From a virus: a stretch of 64,000 bases of DNA. Positions within the stretch are counted from its first letter, which is position 1. Each line of letters begins with the position of its first letter. Of the stretch, positions 37,916 through 46,171 are shown piece after piece. The notes below the pieces were generated by a model, which was not told where the DNA came from, did not search any database, and saw only the letters and a program-made list of their open reading frames with translations. The position numbers and the translations under genes were made by a program. The stretch lies in IMG/VR virus record IMGVR_UViG_3300023184_004167, positions 1 to 64,000 of that record; one strand, given 5' to 3'.

Positions 37916-38770
37916 TCAAACAAAATATTGCTTAACATTCATTCCCATCACCTCAGAAATAACTTCTTTTGGTATTCTATATTCAACAAAATCTGAATCA
38001 TCTTTGAGTAATACAACAACCCCTCCATACAAACTAATCTTCTCATATTTGGAACCTTCCAACATCTTAATAAGTAATTTACAATACAAAGGTAATTGAA
38101 CATAATAATGTCCGAGAGCATAATCATAGACATTATGAAAGGGGGGTTTCATTTTCTTGGTATATCTGGTTGTTTGGAAATTCTTAATTTTATTTGTCTT
38201 CCAATCGCTAATTACCAAACCATACCCTGTTTTATCTTTATTCTCCATTAACCAAAACTTGTCAGGTTGTCCTGTATATCCCAAGTCAGGATGCCCAAGA
38301 ACCATCTCCGTATCAAGTAATACAGCACCTCTCTCCTCCATTAATTTAAGGTATTTTTCGCCTGCTATAACCATACTATCACTCTTAACTATCTGCTCAA
38401 TATCACACTCAAAGAGGGGTTGTCTAACTTCTTTATATGAACCAAACATCTCAATGCTTTTTTTCTCCAATAAATAATGGACTCTTGAACCCATATTTGT
38501 TGCATACTCACCTAATGCCGCCCACTCTTTAATCAACCTCTCCTGTTCATCTGGGTCTCCACCCGCTTTGTTATATGCCGCCTGTTCTGTCGGAAATTCA
38601 TCATAAAAACATTTTAACACCTTTGAAACGGATGGGAAATTGCTCTTTATATTCCCATCCGCATCCTTCATAAAATATTTATGGTTATCCTCAATAAAAG
38701 TTAACCCCAACTCTAATTGTTTCTGTGAAATAACATCCCTTATTTCTTGGGCTATATCTTTTAGGTTCAT
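37916..38770 (-). CDS. PD-(D/E)XK exonuclease (RecB/Cas4-like fold)
   Basis: 'GSRVH..LE', 'GQPD', 'DWKT', 'QLPLY'. Confidence 0.85.
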   Translation of the reverse strand: MNLKDIAQEIRDVISQKQLELGLTFIEDNHKYFMKDADGNIKSNFPSVSKVLKCFYDEFPTEQAAYNKAGGDPDEQERLIKEWAALGEYATNMGSRVHYLLEKKSIEMFGSYKEVRQPLFECDIEQIVKSDSMVIAGEKYLKLMEERGAVLLDTEMVLGHPDLGYTGQPDKFWLMENKDKTGYGLVISDWKTNKIKNFQTTRYTKKMKPPFHNVYDYALGHYYVQLPLYCKLLIKMLEGSKYEKISLYGGVVVLLKDDSDFVEYRIPKEVISEVMGMNVKQYFV

Positions 38771-38771
38771 A

Positions 38772-39071
38772 TTAATTATTTAATAATTGTTTTATCTCGT
38801 TTGCCGCAACCTCTGTACCAGTTTTTCCATTGCCACCAATATGCCACTCATATATTGTATCCATTTCTAATGGGTGGTAATATTTCCAATCGTATACGGT
38901 TGCAACTTCACCTTTTTCGGTTTCGATGGTCCAATCGAAATTGGTTTTATCTTCTCCGTCATTAGACATACAATATGGCTTACCTAAAACTTTAATAAGT
39001 TGGTTTGGTGTAGCTTTTATTGTGGTTCCGTAAAATGATGTTCCAGATGAAGTTTTAGTAGTTTGTCTCAT
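38772..39071 (-). CDS. Conserved phage hypothetical protein
   Basis: 'ATVYDWK...WHIGG'; promoter TTTG-N20-TATCTTTG at 39091-39122. Confidence 0.75.
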   Translation of the reverse strand: MRQTTKTSSGTSFYGTTIKATPNQLIKVLGKPYCMSNDGEDKTNFDWTIETEKGEVATVYDWKYYHPLEMDTIYEWHIGGNGKTGTEVAANEIKQLLNN

Positions 39072-39130
39072 ACTATAATTGTTTAGTCCACAAAGATATG
39101 AAATAATAAATTACCAGCCAAATATTTTAG

Positions 39131-39157
39131 AAAAAAACCCCATCCTAAGATGAGGTT
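39131..39157 (-). terminator. Intrinsic terminator
   Basis: AACCTCATC-TTAG-GATGGGGTT then a T tract on the - strand. Confidence 0.7.
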
Positions 39158-39183
39158 CTTGCCGTGGCTCCACCCTTACGGGA

Positions 39184-39453
39184 TTATTTATTATGTATTG
39201 GATTTTTACAATTTCCCTTATGAGTTAGGACTGTCGCATTACCCCAAGGAGCATAAAGATATTCACAACTATCAATAACAACCATTTTAATTGGGTTGAG
39301 TTCATTGTCAATTTGATAGGTTGTTTTTGTTTTGGGGACATTTGGTTCAGGTGATTTACAACTTACAAGTCCCGACAACACAGCGAGGAATACGATTGTG
39401 AATAATGCAATTGCAATTACTCTTTCTGTTGGTGTTAATTTATCTTTACTCAT
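39184..39453 (-). CDS. Putative lipoprotein
   Basis: Hydrophobic leader plus LVSC; 'IDSCEY...LTHKGNCKN'. Confidence 0.7.
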   Translation of the reverse strand: MSKDKLTPTERVIAIALFTIVFLAVLSGLVSCKSPEPNVPKTKTTYQIDNELNPIKMVVIDSCEYLYAPWGNATVLTHKGNCKNPIHNK

Positions 39454-39457
39454 AATT

Positions 39458-39652
39458 TTATATTATTTCTTTAAGTTGAGATTTGTGAGTTATCCAAGTA
39501 TTAGGTGATATTTCTTCATCAGTAGTAACGACTAAATATCCATTACCTTTATCACCAATACATTTTACTATTTTACCATTAGGTTGCAAATCAGGTCTGT
39601 GACTTTCAGATAATCTTGTGTAAAACTTTTTGTCTATATTATTCATTTTCAT
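39458..39652 (-). CDS. Hypothetical protein
   Basis: ORF in operon. Confidence 0.55.
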   Translation of the reverse strand: MKMNNIDKKFYTRLSESHRPDLQPNGKIVKCIGDKGNGYLVVTTDEEISPNTWITHKSQLKEII

Positions 39653-39848
39653 ACATTAATTTTATAAGTTGATTTTCTAAATCCTCTCTTTCATTTTGGA
39701 ATTTCATTGCCTCTTCAAATCTTTCATTTGTTAATTCATCCAAATTAACTATGTTAAAGTGTTGGGTTGGTATGGTGAATATTCTATATCCATATTTTGT
39801 TTTGTCAATGGAAATACCATTAATAATGTATTTGTTGTCTATATTCAT
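39639..39848 (-). CDS. Hypothetical protein
   Basis: ORF in operon. Confidence 0.55.
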   Translation of the reverse strand: MNIDNKYIINGISIDKTKYGYRIFTIPTQHFNIVNLDELTNERFEEAMKFQNEREDLENQLIKLMYENE

Positions 39849-39854
39849 AACTTT

Positions 39855-40004
39855 CTATTTTTTTATCTGATTAACTACGCTTACTATACTCTTCATCCAA
39901 GCACCCATAATATCTCTTCTTCCGAACAATACATTCCATATCGACATATCAGCATCCCATATTTCTTTTGGCACTTCTACTTTAATAACTTGTCTATTCT
40001 TCAT
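39855..40004 (-). CDS. Small hypothetical protein (49 aa, not in ORF track)
   Basis: MKNRQVIKVEVPKEIWDAD...; fills the gap in the operon. Confidence 0.45.
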   Translation of the reverse strand: MKNRQVIKVEVPKEIWDADMSIWNVLFGRRDIMGAWMKSIVSVVNQIKK

Positions 40005-40024
40005 ATTATTTATTTTTATAGATA

Positions 40025-40320
40025 AAAAAGACCCATTTTCAAGGACACCAACGATAGATTTTGGAGTATGTCGCCATCCACCTTATTTGGTTTTAAACGG
40101 GCAAACCCTTGAGGTGAGAAGTCCTCTGTGTTGTGTAGTTACAAAAGTATCGCTTGTGTACCATAGGTAGCTCTACCTACCTCAATTCCTTTCTCAAGGG
40201 AACAACACCACAACTTTAACTCCCCAGTGTAAGTTGACACCACCGCTAACTAACAATTTAGACAGAGCATTGTAAACAGAGGCTTCTGTGAGGTTTCGTT
40301 CCCGTGGCCTGCGGGCTAGT
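40025..40320 (-). ncRNA. Candidate structured ncRNA or cis-regulatory RNA cluster with a kissing-loop module
   Basis: 300 nt GC-enriched gap in an otherwise packed operon; several helices and loop-loop complementarity UGAGAA/UUCUCA. Confidence 0.55.
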
Positions 40321-40322
40321 TT

Positions 40323-40778
40323 TTAATTTATTAAATTGGTAATTAATCTACTCTTTTCAACCATTGTCAGTTCCTTGTTTTCAAATAACTTCAGGGTCTG
40401 ATACACCTTAAACTCGTTTTCCTTGAATTCAGTTGAACCCGTTTGTTCCATCCATTCAATTTTGATACCAATTTCTTTCATCTCATTTTCCTTTTCTGTA
40501 TACTCATCACGAAGTTCTTCAAGAGTTGCACCTTTGTAGTTAGCCATTTCCCATTCATATACCCATCCGGCTCCGGTGCCATTATCATAATTAATAAGCC
40601 AAGCTTTAGGTGCTCCGTTATGAATACCTATAATAGTGAATATGCCAGAACTTGTAAGATGTGGGTTGCCCGACACTTGTTTACCCTTAGGCGTTGGTTG
40701 TAATTTTACTTTTTTTCCTATCATAGTTTTTGTTTTTTGTTTTTTACAATTAAAGATTTTATATAGAAGTTTTTTCAT
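40323..40778 (-). CDS. Hypothetical protein
   Basis: ORF in operon. Confidence 0.7.
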   Translation of the reverse strand: MKKLLYKIFNCKKQKTKTMIGKKVKLQPTPKGKQVSGNPHLTSSGIFTIIGIHNGAPKAWLINYDNGTGAGWVYEWEMANYKGATLEELRDEYTEKENEMKEIGIKIEWMEQTGSTEFKENEFKVYQTLKLFENKELTMVEKSRLITNLIN

Positions 40779-40784
40779 AAGTTT

Positions 40785-41261
40785 TTAGTTTTGGACGAAC
40801 GCCTTGTCCGCCCAAGTTTTAGCCCCCATTCTACCCCACAATTCCATATCACACATATCAGGGAATGATTGTCTCATATCACCCACAGTCAACACATCCA
40901 AAAACCCTTTATCAATTGAATACCACTTACCACCTTTGGTTGTAAATACGTTCACCCAAATTTCACGTCCATCCTCATAAACAAGTTTAACTTGAATGTT
41001 AACCAAAGAATTTTTCTTGAACCCTGAAATCATTTCTTTCGGTGTTGTAGTCCAATCAGAAATATTTACAAATCCTGCTTGACATTTGTTAGCAATACGG
41101 AACTCATACTCCTTGTTTTCTTTAATGTGATTTGAAACCATAATACTACAAGGTTTTCCTTTAACCATAGTCTTATATGTTCCGTAGAATACGTCACCGG
41201 ACATTGTCCCGGTTGTAAGGTTAATTACTGATGTTGTTGGGGTGGTGGTAGTTGTTGTCAT
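40785..41261 (-). CDS. Hypothetical protein (early gene)
   Basis: 158 aa ORF; promoter TTTG-N19-TATCTTTG at 41284-41314. Confidence 0.75.
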   Translation of the reverse strand: MTTTTTTPTTSVINLTTGTMSGDVFYGTYKTMVKGKPCSIMVSNHIKENKEYEFRIANKCQAGFVNISDWTTTPKEMISGFKKNSLVNIQVKLVYEDGREIWVNVFTTKGGKWYSIDKGFLDVLTVGDMRQSFPDMCDMELWGRMGAKTWADKAFVQN

Positions 41262-41360
41262 ATATTTGATTGTTTTGTGAATACAAAGATAAGGATAATT
41301 TCATTACCACCAAAACTTTTTTTGAAAGTTTAAAGAATTAGAAAATATCTAAAAAAAGGA

Positions 41361-41717
41361 CTAATAATCAACAATTCTTACAAGAATACCCAATTTTACA
41401 CACAAATCAATAGAACTCTTACTGCCTTTCGAGACTCCATCCCAAAATGCGACAACCATATCACAATTTTTTACAATATCTTGGTTTCTTCTGAACCCGG
41501 CGGACTTACCATACTTATCCCACTCAGGTTTAAATATTAAGGTTGGGATGTTATTTTCTTTAGCCCATTGTTCTCCAAGTGTATCGGCACCCTTAGCACC
41601 ACCACTAACAACAAGTTCGCAATTAAGTTCGTTATCCCTATTGAGATAATCACCCATCACTTCTTTAACTAACTCATAGTTATTAAATCCCCTACTTCCT
41701 ATTATTCCTACTTTCAT
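41361..41717 (-). CDS. SLOG family (DUF2493/YspA-like) protein
   Basis: 'IIGSR', 'VSGGAKGAD', 'YGKSAGFRRN', 'AFWDG.SKG'. Confidence 0.9.
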   Translation of the reverse strand: MKVGIIGSRGFNNYELVKEVMGDYLNRDNELNCELVVSGGAKGADTLGEQWAKENNIPTLIFKPEWDKYGKSAGFRRNQDIVKNCDMVVAFWDGVSKGSKSSIDLCVKLGILVRIVDY

Positions 41718-41729
41718 AATTAATTAATT

Positions 41730-41927
41730 TTAAATGTGCCATCCACCATCACTTCCTATATCAATAAGAGATACTAACATAAAGAGCAGATACATTACTA
41801 CCATCCCTATATTAAGATTACCTTCTCTCGCCATTGTGTTATTATAGATTACCGCAATAAACATCAACGTTATAAGGATAAAGAAAATAAATTTATACAT
41901 AAGTTTCATTATAATATACCTCCCCAC
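41730..41927 (-). CDS. Small two-TM membrane protein
   Basis: Two hydrophobic segments. Confidence 0.5.
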   Translation of the reverse strand: MGRYIIMKLMYKFIFFILITLMFIAVIYNNTMAREGNLNIGMVVMYLLFMLVSLIDIGSDGGWHI

Positions 41928-42093
41928 TTGAAATTAACACATCATTATCCCAATATGCGTCATAGTTTTTGGGGTCATTTTTTGCATCTATTATCTCTTG
42001 CTTGTGCAACTTATTAGCATACATAATCATTGCTTCTGTGGGGTGGTAGTTAACTTTCTCTAATTCAGAGAGAAACCATTCTATGCTATTCAT
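41893..42093 (-). CDS. Hypothetical protein, 'SIEW...HKxEIIDA' family
   Basis: Paralog of 42106-42447. Confidence 0.65.
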   Translation of the reverse strand: MNSIEWFLSELEKVNYHPTEAMIMYANKLHKQEIIDAKNDPKNYDAYWDNDVLISSGEVYYNETYV

Positions 42094-42105
42094 AATTAAT
42101 CTTTT

Positions 42106-42447
42106 TTAGGGTTTATGTAAAAATTTATCTCTACCACAATGTTTACAAATGGTAGCACTACTTGTGTTGGTTGTTGGTTCAAACTGACATTCATCACTTC
42201 CCTTACTACCAAATGTTTCTTGATAGTATTCTTTTCCCGCATCGTCATCACCTAACTTTAGATTTAGATACCCTTTTTCATAAGCATCTATAATTTCAAC
42301 CTTGTGCATTTCTTTGGCTTTATCAAAGTCAATAATAGTTAAACTACAATTTTGGCTTATATATTTTTCTTTTAACCATTCTATTGATGTTTGTTTCATT
42401 GTGCGATTATTTAATGCGACCCATTCCTCTTCTGTGTATTTGCTCAT
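42106..42447 (-). CDS. Hypothetical protein, 'SIEW...HKxEIIDA' family with C-terminal Zn motif
   Basis: Paralog of 41893-42093; C...CKHC...H tail. Confidence 0.7.
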   Translation of the reverse strand: MSKYTEEEWVALNNRTMKQTSIEWLKEKYISQNCSLTIIDFDKAKEMHKVEIIDAYEKGYLNLKLGDDDAGKEYYQETFGSKGSDECQFEPTTNTSSATICKHCGRDKFLHKP

Positions 42448-42449
42448 AA

Positions 42450-42836
42450 CTATATTTTTTCAGGTGATTTAAATTTATTCTTTAACCAGTTCTTAACCCT
42501 AATGGGCATTTCCGAATGCAATGAACCTTCAATCTCAGCAAATATGTCATCCCAAGTTTTATCATTACACAGAGCCAATGTGCCTTCTATTTCAGGATAT
42601 TCTGGTCTAATCAGTTTTGCAACTTTAATCACCTCTTCCATACCCTGCTGATAAAAATCCTCTATCTCAAACTCCACTTCTTTACCTTCAAATTCAGATA
42701 CAGGAGTATTAAGAACCATCACCATTTTTAATTCATCTTGATATGGATGTATGTGATAGTATGTATGTTGGAAGTTGGTACTCACAGGATGTCTTACCAC
42801 CCAACCTTGTTCTGTTTTATATAATTTTCCTTTCAT
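42450..42836 (-). CDS. Hypothetical protein, tandem paralog
   Basis: Shares 'MKG.L.K...W.V', 'GKEVEF' and 'AKLI.PEYPE.EGTL.LCNDK.WD' with the 42840 gene. Confidence 0.75.
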   Translation of the reverse strand: MKGKLYKTEQGWVVRHPVSTNFQHTYYHIHPYQDELKMVMVLNTPVSEFEGKEVEFEIEDFYQQGMEEVIKVAKLIRPEYPEIEGTLALCNDKTWDDIFAEIEGSLHSEMPIRVKNWLKNKFKSPEKI

Positions 42837-42839
42837 AAT

Positions 42840-43220
42840 TTATTTTTTTTCGGGGACTTTATAGTATAATTTTAACCAATCTATAAAAGATATTGAGTCC
42901 GTAAATGGCCCACCAAATGCTGGATATTGTTCGGTTGAGTATTCTTCATATATTTCATCCCACACCTTATCATTACATAACTCCAATGTCCCTTCAAGTT
43001 CAGGATATTCCGGGTTTATTAATTTAGCATACTCTTTACCCTTACCTGTATAGTGGTCTACTATAACACACCAATCAAACTCAACTTCTTTGCCATTCAA
43101 ATCTAAATCTAATGGTAAAATAGTTTGGTATTCAGGATGTAATGGGCATTCTTTGACTTGAAGCCCTACCCAATGTTCTACTATCCATTGGTTATTTTCT
43201 TTTAATAATGTCCCTTTCAT
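42840..43220 (-). CDS. Hypothetical protein, tandem paralog
   Basis: Start at ATG 43220 by homology to the 42450 gene. Confidence 0.75.
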   Translation of the reverse strand: MKGTLLKENNQWIVEHWVGLQVKECPLHPEYQTILPLDLDLNGKEVEFDWCVIVDHYTGKGKEYAKLINPEYPELEGTLELCNDKVWDEIYEEYSTEQYPAFGGPFTDSISFIDWLKLYYKVPEKK

Positions 43221-43221
43221 A

Positions 43222-43386
43222 TTATTCAAATTTAGATTTTAAATACTCAATCAAATACTTGGCATATTCAGTCAATAACTCATGTCCCTCAAACACAAAT
43301 ACCTTAACATTATTATCAACAGAGCGTTGATATTCCTTTTTTAATCTCTGATAAGTTACTTTGTCAAAAGATAATGTTCCCGCCAT
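43222..43386 (-). CDS. Small hypothetical protein (54 aa, not in ORF track)
   Basis: MAGTLSFDK...FVFEGHELLTEYAKYLIEYL. Confidence 0.6.
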   Translation of the reverse strand: MAGTLSFDKVTYQRLKKEYQRSVDNNVKVFVFEGHELLTEYAKYLIEYLKSKFE

Positions 43387-43388
43387 AG

Positions 43389-43547
43389 TTATTTGTTTAC
43401 TGGTTGATTAATTGATTTCGTTGACCAACGAGGGTTTGTTTCTGCTTCGTGTCTAATAGCCCAAGCTAAAAGTCCGAATCCTGTGAATAGCAATATAAGC
43501 ATTATGGTTGCTTCTACTGGTTTACTGCGTTCTGCTGAGTTTGGCAT
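43389..43547 (-). CDS. Small membrane protein (52 aa, not in ORF track)
   Basis: Single TM; abuts the downstream gene. Confidence 0.5.
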   Translation of the reverse strand: MPNSAERSKPVEATIMLILLFTGFGLLAWAIRHEAETNPRWSTKSINQPVNK

Positions 43548-43600
43548 ATGTTATTTGTTTTAGAATGTAAAAATAGTAATAACTTTTGAAACAAAAAAAT

Positions 43601-44491
43601 TTATTTTATCTCAACATAAAATTCTTGTTTAATTTCTCCCCTCAAATCAGCAATATCACTCTCCACCGGCAATTTAATTAATTTTATTTTATTATATAAT
43701 ACGCCACCATTTATCATATGATATACCTTCAACGCATCCTTATACGCATCCCCATCCAAACATATTGTTATATTACCCTTAGCCTTCTCATATATTGTGG
43801 TAAACAATAAGTCCGACATAAACTTACCCAACATAGGAATACTATTTGGTAAAAATATGGAATCAAAAGCACCCTCACATAAGAATATATCCTTATCCCA
43901 ATCTATTAAGTTTTCATTGAAAATAATCAAATCTTTCTCACAAGGTGGATTTTTGTACTTCATCTTCGCCCTCAAATTCCAAGACCTGGCAATGAAATAA
44001 TTTAATGTCCCTGTGGCGTCATAAGAGGGTATTATAATCCTACCAGAATATTCACCCTTCATAGTGTACCCAATCTGATATTTCTCAATAATACCCTCCG
44101 TAATACCCCTTGATAAGAGATAATTAAGGGATTCCCTATGTGGGGGATAAATGGGGTTGGAATCTTTGAATTGGGTATATCCCTCCGGTAATCTTAACTT
44201 ATTCTTTTTCTTCTCCTGAACTTTTAATTCTTCAGGGCGTATCAACAGATACATCTTCTTCAGTTTCTTATTACCATAATCATCAAACAACTTACCCAAA
44301 GGCCCAGATATCCCGCAACTCCAACAATGGAACACATGCTTCTCTAAACTAACCTCCAAATTACTTTTATTCCTACCTTCATCACATTCAATGCAATTAT
44401 ATCCATACTGCAATTTGCTGTCATATACCTTTTTTGGTTCCCCAAGGACTTCCTCAATAAGTTCTAACACTACTTCTATTTCATCTGACAT
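43601..44491 (-). CDS. DNA primase (Zn finger + TOPRIM)
   Basis: CIEC...HCWSC, 'YLLSRGI', 'RIIIP', 'CEGAFD', 'CLDGDA'. Confidence 0.9.
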   Translation of the reverse strand: MSDEIEVVLELIEEVLGEPKKVYDSKLQYGYNCIECDEGRNKSNLEVSLEKHVFHCWSCGISGPLGKLFDDYGNKKLKKMYLLIRPEELKVQEKKKNKLRLPEGYTQFKDSNPIYPPHRESLNYLLSRGITEGIIEKYQIGYTMKGEYSGRIIIPSYDATGTLNYFIARSWNLRAKMKYKNPPCEKDLIIFNENLIDWDKDIFLCEGAFDSIFLPNSIPMLGKFMSDLLFTTIYEKAKGNITICLDGDAYKDALKVYHMINGGVLYNKIKLIKLPVESDIADLRGEIKQEFYVEIK

Positions 44492-44500
44492 AATACAATA

Positions 44501-44962
44501 TTAACAAATTTCAAACGCTTCGTGAACAATCTTTTTAATTGATTTTGAATCTTCCGTGTTTCCAATCACCGCACCATCCTTCAAAGTAAATGCGTGTCTC
44601 TTAACAATCAAGATATAACTACCTGTTGGATACTTTTTGATGAACTGATTAAGAGTTGTTCTTTTCATTTTATTATTCACACTATCGTAACTTCTCAACT
44701 TCTCAACCCCTTTTATTTCTTTGTTATTAAATTTTTCTCCCACGGATTGCATAGTTGCCATTTTACAAGCAACCGACATTGTCCCCTTTCTATTTTTTCT
44801 ACCAAATTTTTCCTTAACCCAAGAATGGGCGGTATCATACGGAGTTTCATAAGCGGATGCAACGGCTCTAACAAAGCAGTCATTACATTCACTTTTAGCG
44901 ATTACAGATTCTGAATAACCAATGATGGCGGTTGATGTTTGTATGTATGGTAATTGTTTCAT
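44501..44962 (-). CDS. Conserved phage protein with 'NDCxVRA...HA' (possible Cys/His hydrolase)
   Basis: Conserved-looking Cys, His and Asp positions; function is inference. Confidence 0.6.
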   Translation of the reverse strand: MKQLPYIQTSTAIIGYSESVIAKSECNDCFVRAVASAYETPYDTAHSWVKEKFGRKNRKGTMSVACKMATMQSVGEKFNNKEIKGVEKLRSYDSVNNKMKRTTLNQFIKKYPTGSYILIVKRHAFTLKDGAVIGNTEDSKSIKKIVHEAFEIC

Positions 44963-45004
44963 AATGTAAAAGTATAAAATAGTTCTGAAACTGCCAAATT
45001 TATT

Positions 45005-45346
45005 TTATAAAGTTCTTGCCATCCAATTACATATTGCGTTTGACATAGATACGTTCTTCTTTGACATATTAACCATTTCTTCCTCTGTCATCACATTAAC
45101 ATCCCCATATGATTCAATTTTGTGATTTGGGTTATTGGTATAGACATCCACAATCCCGTTGTCCCCATAAAACTCATTACAGAGGTCTTTAACGGAAAAC
45201 TCATTATTGTGGTGTTGCCAACTTAGGGAGCCATAACACCTTAAACAAGTCACATATAAAAACCCATCAGACGTATCTAATATCTCCTGATAAAGTTTGT
45301 TAGCTTTATTTCTTGCCCTCTCATATTTTTTAATTAACTCTTCCAT
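45005..45346 (-). CDS. Hypothetical protein
   Basis: 113 aa ORF. Confidence 0.7.
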   Translation of the reverse strand: MEELIKKYERARNKANKLYQEILDTSDGFLYVTCLRCYGSLSWQHHNNEFSVKDLCNEFYGDNGIVDVYTNNPNHKIESYGDVNVMTEEEMVNMSKKNVSMSNAICNWMARTL

Positions 45347-45354
45347 AATTCAAT

Positions 45355-45528
45355 TTATTTTTTAATTTTCTCGTCATCAATTAAATAAACCGCAATAAAA
45401 AATGCGATATACATCAAAGTCATCAATAACATATTAGTTAATGATATGATATTAATGTCATTATAACAACAAGACATTAAAGTTAAGTAAAGTACTGTAA
45501 TGAAGATAAAAATAAGATTCCGTTTCAT
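45355..45528 (-). CDS. Small membrane protein (57 aa, not in ORF track)
   Basis: Two hydrophobic segments; promoter TTTG-N20-TAGTTTTG at 45548-45579. Confidence 0.5.
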   Translation of the reverse strand: MKRNLIFIFITVLYLTLMSCCYNDINIISLTNMLLMTLMYIAFFIAVYLIDDEKIKK

Positions 45529-45571
45529 AATATATTTTTTTATGAAACAAAACTAAACAAAGTTATTTAGA

Positions 45572-46168
45572 TTACCAAATATTTTTGGATTTTAAATACC
45601 CGAGAGCACAAGTATAAGCGTCAGATGAGTCAAAATTCTCTTTTTTAAGAGTATTATTTTTTGTGTATAACCAAGTGATTTGAGGTTCCCTTTTGGCAAC
45701 TTGTTCCCAAATTAAAACCTTTTTGTCTATATCTTTTGGATACCCACCAAATAAAACAAACTTACCCTTGTCATTCTCTTTGACAAAATGGGGGAATGCA
45801 GACTTGCGAGAATTATATGTAGTGATAAATTCGGGAACAACTCCCAAGATGTCATAAACCTCTTTACATACTAATGTATTAAATCTCATTAACACACCGA
45901 CAGTAAATATATTATTTGAATTAAGTAATGGTTCTTCAATTACCACAGTAGTGATACCCATACCAACATAAGTTTTGATTTTTTCTCTGAAGACTTCAGA
46001 CTTTAACATCAACTCCTCAATCTTACTTTCCGTCTTTACCTTTGGGGAAATATGGGTTAGCTCTAATAATTCTTTTGATTCAATATCAAATAAAGCAATA
46101 CCAATACATTTGGTAGAAACATCTAATCCTAATATTTTTTTTGAATCTTTATTTAAAAATTTGTCCAT
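45572..46168 (-). CDS. RuvC-like Holliday junction resolvase
   Basis: 'ILGLDVST..IG', 'VVIEE', 'D.SDAY'. Confidence 0.85.
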   Translation of the reverse strand: MDKFLNKDSKKILGLDVSTKCIGIALFDIESKELLELTHISPKVKTESKIEELMLKSEVFREKIKTYVGMGITTVVIEEPLLNSNNIFTVGVLMRFNTLVCKEVYDILGVVPEFITTYNSRKSAFPHFVKENDKGKFVLFGGYPKDIDKKVLIWEQVAKREPQITWLYTKNNTLKKENFDSSDAYTCALGYLKSKNIW

Positions 46169-46171
46169 ACT

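Noticed and set aside
37916-38770. Cas4 / CRISPR adaptation module
   Set aside because: Lacks the four-Cys Fe-S motif; no cas1/cas2 or array; sits with recombination genes as an ordinary phage exonuclease.
40215-40260. Resemblance to ZTP or c-di-GMP-I riboswitch (GGUGU/ACACU followed by GGGGAG)
   Set aside because: The GACUGGCG / CGCCUGGG pseudoknot of ZTP and the GGCAAAC...GAAA...ACGCAAAGC core of c-di-GMP-I are missing.
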